Source: Takakia lepidozioides | Lineage: Eukaryota > Plantae > Bryophyta | NCBI GenBank assembly: GCA_030704615.1 | Contig: CM060734.1 | Span: forward strand, 41,664,001-41,728,000 | Length of the DNA: 64,000 bases | Direction of reading: 5' to 3' | In this document: in pieces, positions 1-11,300 of the stretch | How the letters are laid out: every line of letters starts with the position of its first letter | Position numbering within the stretch: the first letter of the stretch is position 1 | Program-made: the position numbers and the translations under genes | Notes under the pieces: model-generated | Databases searched by the model: none | What the model saw: the letters and a program-made list of their open reading frames with translations, nothing else | Told to the model about the DNA's origin: nothing

Positions 1-830
1 TTAAAGCCGGACAGTGTCACCTTTATATGTGTTCTCTCTGCATGCAGCCACGCTGGCCTACTGATTGAAGGAAGACGCTACTTTGATTCCCCGAGTCAAG
101 ATCATGGTGTCACTCCAACAGTAAAGCACTTTGGCTGTATGGTGAACCTTCTTGGACGTGTGGGACAACTGGATGAGGCAGTGGATCTGATTAATAAGAT
201 GCCAATCAATCCAGATGTTGTGGTGTGGAAGACCTTGCTTGGTGCCTGCAGAATCCATGGCAATGTGGAGATGGCTGAACGTGCGGCAACATCTATCCTC
301 AAGTGGGATGAACAGGATGCTGCGACTTATGTGTTGCTATCAAACATGTATGCTGCAGCTGGCAGGTGGGATGATACTGCAAAGGTGAGAAGAATGATGA
401 AGGTCAGAGGGGTTAAAAAGGAGCCAGGTCGCTGCTGCATTGAGGTTGGCAACAGGGTGCACACCTTCGTTGTAGATGACAAGTTGCATCCCATAATTAC
501 AGAAATCCATGCTGAGCTGAGAAGATTGTCTAGGCAGATGAAGGAGGCAGGGTATGTGCCTGACACGCGCTTTGTGTTGCATGATGTGGGGGAGGAGGAA
601 AAGGAATTTTCTCTTTGCCACCACAGTGAGAAGCTGGCCATTGGTTTTGGGCTGATCAGCACGACCCCTAGGACGCCTCTCCGTCTCATTAAGAATCTTC
701 GATGTGTGGTGACTGCCACACCTCCACCAAATTCATCTCAAAGATTGTTGGCCGCGCCATTGTTGTACGGGACGCTAACCGCTTTCACCACTTTGAAGAT
801 GGAATTTGTTCTTGTGGGGATTACTGGTGA
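1..830 (+). pseudogene. 3' part of a PLS-class PPR-E-DYW RNA-editing factor gene (5' end outside the window), frameshifted in the DYW domain
   Basis: Frame 1 is open from base 1 (LKPDSVTFICVLSACSHAGL...E1/E2...KKEPGRCCIEV...HHSEKLAIGFGL...KNLR). One base is missing at ~703-704. The shifted frame reads [41 protein letters not shown] with TGA at 828-830. Confidence 0.9.
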
Positions 831-2365
831 AAGGATGCTTTCTTGGAAACATGCGAGTTTCTTGCTTCATTCATTGATCTGTGTAGCTACTCAGATCATC
901 CACCATTTCCTGAGTATTGACCATGATGTACTGTTGAGTGCACATCCACGGGAAATGATAGTGGGGTCTACCCGGAATAGGTGGGAAGTCAGCCCATAAT
1001 TGCACTTGCCTGAAGGGGTGATATTGGACTGACTTTGGTGACAGTGGATGGAAATCAGAGTGCTGTCCTAATTCTGGGTTTGGGTGGTGGAGCTTCCCCA
1101 AAGCTTGAAGATGGAAGTGAATACGAATTTTAATGAGCTTGATTAGAGTGGCAGCCCTGTGCACAAGTGTGACAGCATCTTACATTTGGACATGTTTGTA
1201 TGTTTCTCGTGGTGCCGCTTTGGATGGAGCCCTTGACTAACTTGCATGAATACTGTCAAAAGCTAGCCTTAACCCACCAAGATCCAATCCCATGGTGGCT
1301 GCTTGAAAGTATAGTGATTGTAAGGGTATTTGGGTGTTTTGTTATTGATTGACGCAGCTTGACTCCCTCACACTATAACAATGGTTTGTGCATGTTGGAG
1401 TTCAAGGTTGGGGGACACAGTCCACCCACTTCAGAACACAATTGCTACATTGGAGATCAGATTTGGGAGCATGTATGAAACAACTGTGCATAGTTTCATG
1501 CAACAATAAGCGATACTGCTAGTGTCCACTGAAGCAGGTCCCTATCGCTGGTGTGACTCCCAGTGTTCTCAGTGACTACTTGAGCTGCCAATCTCAAACA
1601 AGCCGAAAAACTCTCCTAAAATCCACCTCAAGAAAAGGGAGGTCTTTTTCTCTTGCTTCCAGTAACCGCCCAACATCCCAAAAACGAAGCTCTTGGTCGG
1701 TTATGTTGGCTCAATTAATATCAATAAAATTACACCAAACTAAGGAATATGTGGATAATGAGTATTCACTACAGTTTGAAGTCAATCCTTCATATTAAGC
1801 TCAAGCTTTAGACACATCAAGTCATTAAAGATATACGCACTACTCCTTTGGCTCTCATCAGAAGGATTTGTAGTGAGCCGTGGTGCGATGCTCAACTCAA
1901 CTGTTGCGCGAAGGGTTGGGATTCCCATTTCCTCGCATGCGAGTTTTGGGGTAAAGTAATCAGATAGGATTGTAGGGATAGAATTGCTCAAAAAAGTGGA
2001 TGGTTCTCATGCGCTAAAGGAGTGAGCTGTGAATGAAGCACTGAAGATGATGAGAAAGAAGGGTAGTTAGAGACCAGCCGAGGTGGCGCCGCTGAGACTG
2101 TTTTAGACTGAAACAGATTGTAGACCAAGAGAACGCAACGTGGAGATGTAGAGCAGTAAATGTAAACACCGTGGATTGTGTAAGAGGATCATTAACGGGA
2201 TTGGTCACTTAGCCAACGACTGAATCGGATCATGGGTTGTGTGAACGTCATGTATTATGAAGCAATGAGAGAAGTGGAAAGAATAAGCTTAGATTTGTAC
2301 ACCATGTGTCACCTGTCTTTGCGTGGTCATTTCATAGGTGAAAGGTTAGTTGTGAAAGGTTTAGA

Positions 2366-4230
2366 CCAGTGTTGGACCGGTATATGGGGGCGTGGCGGGG
2401 TATCAGCACGGGTAAGGGTATTGCAGCAGGGTACCGGACCAGGCGGGTATAATAAACTGGCAATACCCTGGGCAGAACATATTGGGGCAATATAATAAAA
2501 CAATAATACCTAGGCTCCTACCAGACCAGCCTGGTATCACAAAGGAACGCAGCTTTGTCGAAAAATAAAAATCTGTCCAAATTATACCGCTGAGGTAAGC
2601 ACTTCAGCCGCTGAAGTGATCACCTCATGGGCTGAAGCGCTCACCTCAGCGGCTGAGTGTCGCAATTCATAATAACAAGGAGCGGGATCTCACCTTAGGT
2701 AATTTGAGGTCACCTTACAAGAGCCATATTACAGGCTGATAAATGAGACAATGCTCCAAGCCTAAGCAGATTTTCGCCAAAATCGTGTCTCAATCAAAGA
2801 GCCGCAACTCTCCATGCTGCACCCTAAATCCCTAAATCCCTAACGCTCCACATATTGATACCTAGGGTGCAAGCGACGGCGGTAGACATAGTACAGGTAT
2901 CTACAAAGCTGCATTCCTTGTGATACCAGGCTGGTATGGTGGGAGCCCAGCTTACATAGCCATAGTCATCCTCACTAAGCACATAATTTGTAGATGCACA
3001 TAATCTATAGCTGCTCCTACTGCCAACAGAGCTAACTACAGATAATTGCAGTAATCCATAGCTGCTCCTCAACTGATTGCATTCCTAAACCTACCATATC
3101 TGCTGCCTTAGCCCATGCTCATACTAGGAACGACAACGGGAGGAGGGAGCTGGTATCAACAACGAGTAGAAACGGCAAACCCTAACCCCGGCTGGGTAGG
3201 GTTTCTAAGGAAAAAACTACCTTACGAAGTCCCGGCAGGTCTGTTACAGGTGAAATTTTCCTACAGCCTATAACTGTCGGGTAGGGTACCTGATAAAGGG
3301 TTGATAACCGGGTCAACCCTCAGAATTTTGTGTGGCCTCGTTGTAATGAGGCCGCAGGGTGCAGAGGGGACAGTACCTGACAGCGCCCCGGTATGGGAGG
3401 GGTAACAATAATGTAAAATTGTGGCTGTATATCAGTAGGGTATCAATATTTGATTTTTTTCATCTCATATGGGGGGGAATATGAGTATTGCCTGCATAGG
3501 TATATGAAATATTCAATCTATTAAATAATATAACATGAAAAAAAGAATTGACCTTCACAATGGATCACAATTACACCACAATGCACACATAAACATACAC
3601 CTACTGCCCTTTGGAGGCTCACATGATGTGCAGACGGATTGCAAGGTGGTGAGCAAGGATCAAGGATTTCTTTTTTGTCGAAGACAATACGATTGATGAT
3701 CAAGAAGAGGACCTCATTGCAGATGGTGGCATGTTTGACAATGAGGCTTGCAATCAGTTTTCTTTTAACAAAGCTCACTTCACTTTGCGTACTTAAATCC
3801 ACAATGTTATTTTGTAATTTGCAACAGAATATTTACTTTGTGAAATCAAGTATGCTTCTAAATTAAATGATGAAAAATAGTGGTGGGCCGTTGGGGTTGG
3901 ACATGCCCATAGCCCAACTTCACATCTATACCATATGTATTGTCCTTGTTTTTGCCCATGTTTTCACATGGCCCGCCGCAAGGCGAAGTGACTCCCAATT
4001 ACGCCGGCTTCGGCCGGAGTCTTCTCTCTCTTGGCCCATAATACGGGTATTGCACTGGTATTTCCTTTGTCAATACCATCCTATGTAGGGTATTGACGGA
4101 GGTATTGGAATTGTCAATACCAGGCAGTTGGTTATCAACCCTAGTATTACAACAGCCAATACCAGCCGGGTCGGTTATTTAACACCCTGGTTGATACCCA
4201 GCCAGGCCCTATATACCAGTCCAACACTGG
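2366..4230. mobile_element. Non-autonomous hAT-like DNA element (TIR CCAGTGTTGGACCGGTATAT)
   Basis: 20-bp terminal inverted repeats at 2366-2385 and 4211-4230 with 1 mismatch, and many GGTAT/ATACC subterminal motifs. The flanks (gtttagac / gtaagtat) do not form a clean TSD. Confidence 0.7.
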
Positions 4231-5012
4231 TAAGTATCCAAAAATCTAAGGTTGGGGGTGCACCATCGCAGTTGACCTGCCCACATGGCAGGTCACTCGT
4301 ATCGTTTTGCGGCGGGCAAGACTTAGTTTAGTGATGTGGTCCCCTAAGGAGCTACCGGAAATGTTCAGCCTGTCGCTTGACTTGCAAATGACTACAAAAC
4401 TTAGAAAAAACGCCATCCAAAAATGTAGTTTGGAAATTTTCAAAAACGTTTTGGGCATTCGTCACTACCTTCATGCAATGGAGGACTCCAACAGAGGAAT
4501 TCGCATTCTTGAAAAAAATTGCAGCTTCCATGCAGCTTTCAATCTTTTAGTGTGGTGGAATTTCCATTTACCTTCCTTGGTTTATGAATGTGGAGGTTCG
4601 TGCCTCACGGAGAAAAATATCAAGTCAGCAAATCACCTTCGTCAAACTGCATTTTGTCAGCAATTTTTCTATGGAGTTGAAAAATTCACCATGGACTTTT
4701 GCTATAATATGCCAATTCTGACGTTCAATTCTTCCATGTAACGATAAGATAAAGATTCTTTAACTTTGACTAATAAGATTTAAGTTCCATGTAGTAGGTA
4801 GTTTAATGGTCATTTTTGTGGATGAATCTCCATTGCCAGATACAGCCTCATCCATGATACGAGGTCATGCTTTAGGGGGTGGTCCGGCAAAATGGCTCTA
4901 GGCACTTAGGGGTCAACATAACTTGCCCGGGGTGATAATAGGGTATTTCACTCTCAAGGCCGTCATTTTTGAGCTATTTCTACATTACTATGAGATCTGT
5001 ATGAAGTCTGAA

Positions 5013-5650
5013 CCAGTGTTGGACCGATATCATCAACAACATTTCATACCAGCCAGGGTATGGTATTGTCGGGGCAGGTAATGGTATCAAAGTAGGTATT
5101 AAACTTTTAATGTACCAGTCTGGTATGTATATCGTTTTTGTTTGGCCTGGTATGGTATGGTATGGTATCAGTATTGCAAATTTCAAATCTTATACTGGGT
5201 GTATATCAATACTGGTATCAATACAGTTTTTTTCTTTTTCTTCTTTTTTCCTTTAAAAAAAAAGCTGGATGCTGCAAAATAAAATAAAAATCTGTCCAAA
5301 TTATACCGCTGAGGTGATCACTTCAGCCATAATGCCCTACATGAGTAAAGTAAACAACAATGAAAGGGAAGCATAAGGGAAAGAGAGGCGTACCCTAGAG
5401 CATCTCATCAATCTCAGCAACTTCCTCAATATTGACAGCCCCCATCGCCATTCAGATCGCCTCAATCAAAGAGCCACAACTCTCCATTGCTGCACCCTAA
5501 ACCCCTAACGCTCCACATATTGCTACCTAGGGTGCAAGCGACGGCGGAAGACGGTTGAAAATAAAAATAAAAATAACTGTATTGATACCAGTATTGATAT
5601 ACCCCCATTATAAGATTTGAAATTTGAAATACTGATACCATACAACAAAC
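5013..5650. mobile_element. Truncated relative of the 2366-4230 element
   Basis: Starts CCAGTGTTGGACCG. Internal blocks ~5280-5328 and 5461-5548 match ~2562-2608 and ~2788-2882. No right TIR found, so the end coordinate is approximate. Confidence 0.6.
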
Positions 5651-5851
5651 TAGCATTTTAAAACATCGTGTGTGCGGGTGAATTCTGTGCTCACTATTCG
5701 ATGTTTCATCTATGTTCATCCACCAAAGTTATTCCATGGATGAAAATGGGCTTCCACTCAATGCACATGTTGATAACAGCCCAGGTAAGTGGATTCAGGG
5801 CAAGGGGGTCATGTAGGTGGGCAAGGGAGCCGTATCCACCTACTCGCACTT

Positions 5852-6040
5852 GAGCAGGTAGCCCAGTGGTTGGGTGTTTGTGCCTTGCCTGTGCATAACC
5901 TGGGTGATCCTGGGTTCAATCTTCAACATGTGCCTTCAGACCGTCCATTGGGCCCTCGATGGCCTGTGTGTTGAGCAGAAGGCTCTGTAAAGGCTCTGTA
6001 AATTCACTGGACGTTAAAGAAACTTTATCTTTTATCTTTG
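5852..6040 (+). mobile_element. Putative tRNA-derived SINE
   Basis: Pol III A box TAGCCCAGTGG (5859-5869), B box GGTTCAATC (5913-5921) and a (CTTTAT)n-like tail at ~6023-6040. No complete cloverleaf. Confidence 0.5.
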
Positions 6041-6473
6041 TCCAATGTTAATTCTGGTATGCGAGAGCATAGTTGTGGGCCTGGTATGTTGGTTGCCGGC
6101 CCTACAGTGTGGGAGCGAGACTCTGATGCCAACCGAGAATATGCGACCAACTTTTAGAAATCTCATGGCAGCTGCTGAATCGCTCCATCTCCACAGTCTG
6201 CTCTTTCCCCGTCAATTCGTTTTGTCCAAAGGGAAGATCCTATGTATGTTCACCCATTGTACAAAGTCTTACAGGGTTTCATCGAAGATCTGGCTAATAA
6301 CTGTAAAATCCGAGCGCAAAGATTCAAGCAGTACAAACACCGGTGTCCTACACATACGTGAACGTGGGCAGGTATCATGGGCCCCTTGCATTCTACTATT
6401 GTGCATCCATCAACTAATGTGAAAGAAGTTTTCCTCGGCACAGATCCAACTCAGATCCTACCAATTCTGCAAG

Positions 6474-6630
6474 CTAGTCGACTACCGATTGTTCCTCGTC
6501 CGGACCAAAGCCATTTCTCGTGAAAGCTGAGAAGTGTTGTACATTCGCAGAGAATCTAGTAGACTACCATTGTTTTTTCGGACCAAAAGCCATTTCTCGT
6601 GAAAGCCGAGAAGTGTTGTACAATTCCAGA
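6474..6630 (+). repeat. Two-copy tandem duplication, ~82-bp period
   Basis: ctagt(c/a)gactacc...ggacca(a)aagccatttctcgtgaaagc(t/c)gagaagtgttgtaca occurs at ~6474 and ~6556. Confidence 0.8.
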
Positions 6631-7431
6631 GCCTTTCCTTGTAGTTTTCACTCTCCGTAGGGGACCTTCCCTCTCATGTACAGTTGTTTGTCATATGCTG
6701 TTGTCTTTTCTAACAAGGCGTCAGATACACGGAGGCCCTGCCTTGTTTTACTGATATGCAGTTTTATGAACTGATCTTATGGCTAATAATAATGTATCTT
6801 AATTTTGAAGTGATTATGAATGATGCTCTATTTTAAAATGAAATGTCGTGTATTTAAATATGATGTAATTGTTCATAATGAATCATCACGGAACATAAAA
6901 TGATTGACAAATACAATAAGAGGTAAAAAATAAAAAAAAGTTGGACTATAAAAATAAATAAATAAACAAATATTGACAAAGTCGAGATGTTTGAAAGCTA
7001 AATAAATTAGTTTGTGATCTGTCCAATATTAGATGATCCACATTTACATGGAGATATTATTGTATTTGTCCAAATATGATCAAATTGAGATTGATAACCA
7101 GTTTGAGGATATAAAGACATATATTACATCTGCCACATTACTCCATTTATAAATATGAACTATGTATGCATGTCTTGTCAATCATTTTAATTACGCCACA
7201 TATACAACTCAATTCATATGTTTTTTTTTCAAATTTAATTTAATTTAATTTAATGGAATGACGGTTAATGAAATTTATCCAGTAACACTTACATTACTTC
7301 ATCCAACAACCAGCTTTGGCAACACCCAATACGCATATAAGCCACAAATGTCGCATATGGACATGTTCCCATTTTAAATATATATAAGTTCCCAATATCT
7401 TTCATGGGAACAACCCATGATATAAGGTTAA

Positions 7432-7670
7432 CCCTTAAGTGCCTAAACTCATTTTCACCCTTTGGTGGAAAAACTTGACCCTGGCCATCGGCAGAATCTC
7501 TGTGTCCCTGTAAAACTGACCGTTGGAATTACTTCCCATCTACCCCACTTCCTACCACAAAAAGTTCCATCAAATTCCAACTGCCAGATCTGAAGATTCT
7601 GAAGTGTAGAGTGGGGACAAAAAAAATCTCCACTAAGAACTAGGTGCCAAAAGAAAGCAGTGGGCAGCTC
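7432..7670. mobile_element. Truncated left end of a TTAA-flanked (piggyBac-like) MITE family
   Basis: TTAA (7428-7431) followed by CCCTTAAGTGCC; the next ~230 bp match the copies starting at 23514 and 28360. Confidence 0.7.
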
Positions 7671-8333
7671 TAAAATTTGGGCCAATTCACCAAACTGTTG
7701 CGTCGTCCCTACCCTTAGAAAAGGGCAGGGCCAATAAAGCTCTCCAGGGCTAACGGTGGGCTAAAGTTAAAAAACGTTTGGAAACGGTATCCACCGCACA
7801 CCTACCTACAGGTAGAGTTCCTGGGAACTTCGAGAGTCTTATTAGAGTAAAGATGTAGCATCGCTGGAGATGGACTTATTGATGGACAGTTTCCTGACAA
7901 CTCCTGGAGGAATGCTATCTGATACCCTCTTGCGCGGGTAGTCGATCAGTTTGATACCTCTCAAGAGAGAGAGAAAATGCGCAGGCAACGATCTCAATCA
8001 CTACACATGTGGGCTCTATCACATGCAGGTCTAGCTGGCCCTGATCGCCGTTCAGACCAGTAGCTAGTACCATAAGTTGTTTTGTTCACCAGGGAGACAA
8101 AAAATATTGATCATAGTCCTCCATCGATCCGGACCACCTGAGGAACTCAAAGACAGTCCTGAGCTAGCTATAACCTGCACACAGATATAATGGTTTCAGA
8201 GTTCAATATCTGAAAGTCATTGCGCATGCACAAGTTTAAGATCTACCACTGATGTTCGGGCGAACCTGCCTTTCCACCCTGCATGGACAATTCCTAGCGG
8301 TTGGAATGTGAGAATACCAGACTTGCACGGATC

Positions 8334-11300
8334 ATGGGTAGTACCAAAGTTACCGGGTCCCAGAGTGCAACGGCATTTGGAATTGGTGGGCAGTCTCCTG
8401 CATCGCCCACATGGTGGGGCGGGGATCATACAGTTATGCTGGACAAGTCAACAGAGCTGTCCAGCGCCATGACAAGTCCAAATTATCGGGTGGAACCCTT
8501 CAGTTTCGTTGAGAGTAGCTACAACACTTGCGTGACCGGCGATATCTACTCCACACTGCCAGGGAGGGTGGCTGGTGATATCCACTCCACAATGGGGACC
8601 CCTGTACACGAGGACCAGGTAGGGTGTCCAATTCCTGCATTGAGAGATCTAGGTACAAGTAAAATCTTTGAGCGCACGTGCAAAGCTCTAGATACACATG
8701 ACTAACGAAAGCTGCTCGATCTCATGAGCTTATGAGGTCCATAAACTGCACTTTCGAAGATTTGTTGCTTGGTTGTAGTGCCCGCCAGGATCAATTCTTA
8801 AAACTGAATGGTCCCTGCCGAGATGATCTAAGCTGCAGGAACATATTCTTATACTAATCGCTCATGTAGACAAAAAGATAACTGAGAGAGAATTCTCATA
8901 TACATATATGTTTGAACCACAAGGTTGACTGGTCACCCTTATTCAAATGTTCCAACATTCAGCTTAGAAATTATATATCTTTAGGAAAATTTCAGCATTC
9001 TACATGAGGCTTTCCACCCAAGTAGAGGATCTCTCGTTCGAAGTTGAGTAGTAGTTTTCGGGCTGCTTGTTGGGTCCAGGGCCCAACTTTTTTAGGATGC
9101 GCAAGCTTAGAATGTGAGCTCGCTTGAATGTAGGTGTTTGTGGTTCCCCTGCGCGGGTCAGAGACTCCAATCACACGCGCTAAGCTTCCCGGCATTAACT
9201 CTGGATCTGGGACTCCCGAAGTGCGGTACGAGCTGGAGAACTCAGACGCTGCGAATGTGCAAGAAGCGGCCATACGTATGTACAGAATACTGAAGCAGAA
9301 TAGGTTGGCGGGGGAGGCTGGGAGGGCCCTTCAGGATCTGATTTCTCCAGACTGTGTAACTACAGCCCGGACATTCAACGAGGGGATCCAGGGACCTCCC
9401 GATGACCAGGAGGAACTTGTTGGCATGGACTACATACTCAGGGATGGCATTGTCAATTACTTGCGTGATGTTGCCCGCCTGTCCCCGCCAATTCCACAGC
9501 AGGTACGGCCATTAGACCGTGGTTTCCTCAGGCTCAGGAACACTGAAATATGCTCAATTATCCCATTGGAGTTGTTCGATTTTCGCCACTTGAGGACCTG
9601 ACTTGTGTCATGTAGGCATCAAACCTGAAGTCAGGCGTTTGCTAAACATTACTTACTTCACAGGTGGTGCGATTCAGTGGTATCAATTACACGGCAAAGG
9701 TGACCCCAGCACCAACAGGGTATGAGACCTTTGGAAAGAAAATATTCGACTGCTTCTTTGGGCTTCCTCTCAGGCCGTTTCAGACTGCAAAGCCGCAAGC
9801 CACCACCCTCCAAATTCTTAAGGACATCAGTGGCTACATTATGCCTGGCTCCATGACCCTTCTTCTTGGTCCTCCAGGTACTGTAGAATCCGCAGTAGCA
9901 AACTTGTACCAAATTTTTCGTGATCTCGATCAATGTTTAGATGATTGTTCAGGCTTAAAGAATCAGCTGAAGGGGAAGATAACATTAGTGCATGTATGCA
10001 TGATGAACAATTGATCACTTGATATTCCCTATTTCATCCTAAATGTGTGTTAACCAGTGTGTACATAATGTACACATCCCATCTTTGTCAGACTAGGTCT
10101 CTGAGGGCGCCTCCAGGTACAACCCCCTCCTGTCGATTGACCCTCCTTTGGTGTTGAACTTGCGTTGCGCGCACGCATGCATGCATATGCTGTGACTAAA
10201 GTGCGAGCTCACTCAAATTCACCCTTGCAAAGTTATCAGAGCACTTATACTTAAGATGTTGCTTTGGGGTGGCATATTTCGTGTGCAGGCAGTGGGAAGA
10301 GCTCCCTCCTTCAGGTACAAGCTAAACTTCATAATTTCTCTAAAGGTACTATTCATGTGCAAGCTTAGGCTAGAAAGAGTGATGTCCACTTGTCCTTGTC
10401 CACATTGAGACGTGACCAGTGCTTCCCAGGACGTTTTCCGGGATTGGGTAGCTGGTTACGGACTAACACTCCATGCTTCGGATTCCTTTGTGAAAATGTG
10501 GACTTTGGGCCTGAGTGGAACTTCTGGCGCGTCTTTGGAAACTGTAGCCTCCGATCTCTATCCAACTTTCAAAGCTATCATCTTCCCTAGTTGTGAGAGC
10601 AGCTTTATTCAATAATTCATTGTAATTTGAAGTCTGAACCCAATGAGTGACAGGTTAAATTTCCCAAGTGCTTCTTGCATTAATCTTTCAATCTTCCAGA
10701 GATTTGAAAGTTCTAAGGATCCAAGGCGAGCTCTAATTCAACATGTTAATTTGTGCCTTGGAATGCGTGATAGGTGCTGGCTGGAAGGGCTCGCATAGAT
10801 AGAAACACCAAACTTGATGGCAGGGTCATGTACAATGACCGGGAAGCTTCGGAGGTTCTCCTCACTCTTATCATTGCGTACATCAACGGTCAATTGGACA
10901 AGTTTGTTTCTCTGACCAGAAAGTCCTAGAACAACAACTATCGTTTATGTCCGATTAGTTACGGGCTGTGTACAATTTTAGTTTGAACAGAGATAGATCT
11001 ACACATGAACCCCCCCTCCACTTGCAAGCGCTCCAAAGCCCCAAGTTCCTGAAGAGAGCACATAATTGGTTTTTACAGAGGATTCCTGAGGATTCCTTGC
11101 AAGTATGGCACTCCACTAATGCCAGAGTATTAAAAGGGCGATTGGATGTTCCCTTCTTTAGCGCGGCCACTTGGACTCTGTAGAATATAATGTACATTGA
11201 TGTAGACATCTAGCATTGAGTATCTGGGGATCATGCACTGCAGGCACATGCCATTTCTAACGGTCCACGAGACATTACAGTTCGCTGGAGACTGCACACA

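Noticed and set aside
831-999. C-terminal extension of the 286-aa ORF as a novel domain
   Set aside because: It results from the frameshift at ~703; the true DYW end is in another frame.
1500-2300. Possible retroelement or gene remnant
   Set aside because: No diagnostic motifs, LTRs or primer-binding site found in any frame.
2823-2845. Telomere-like CCCTAAA repeats
   Set aside because: Only 2-3 degenerate units within a transposon body; not an interstitial telomere.
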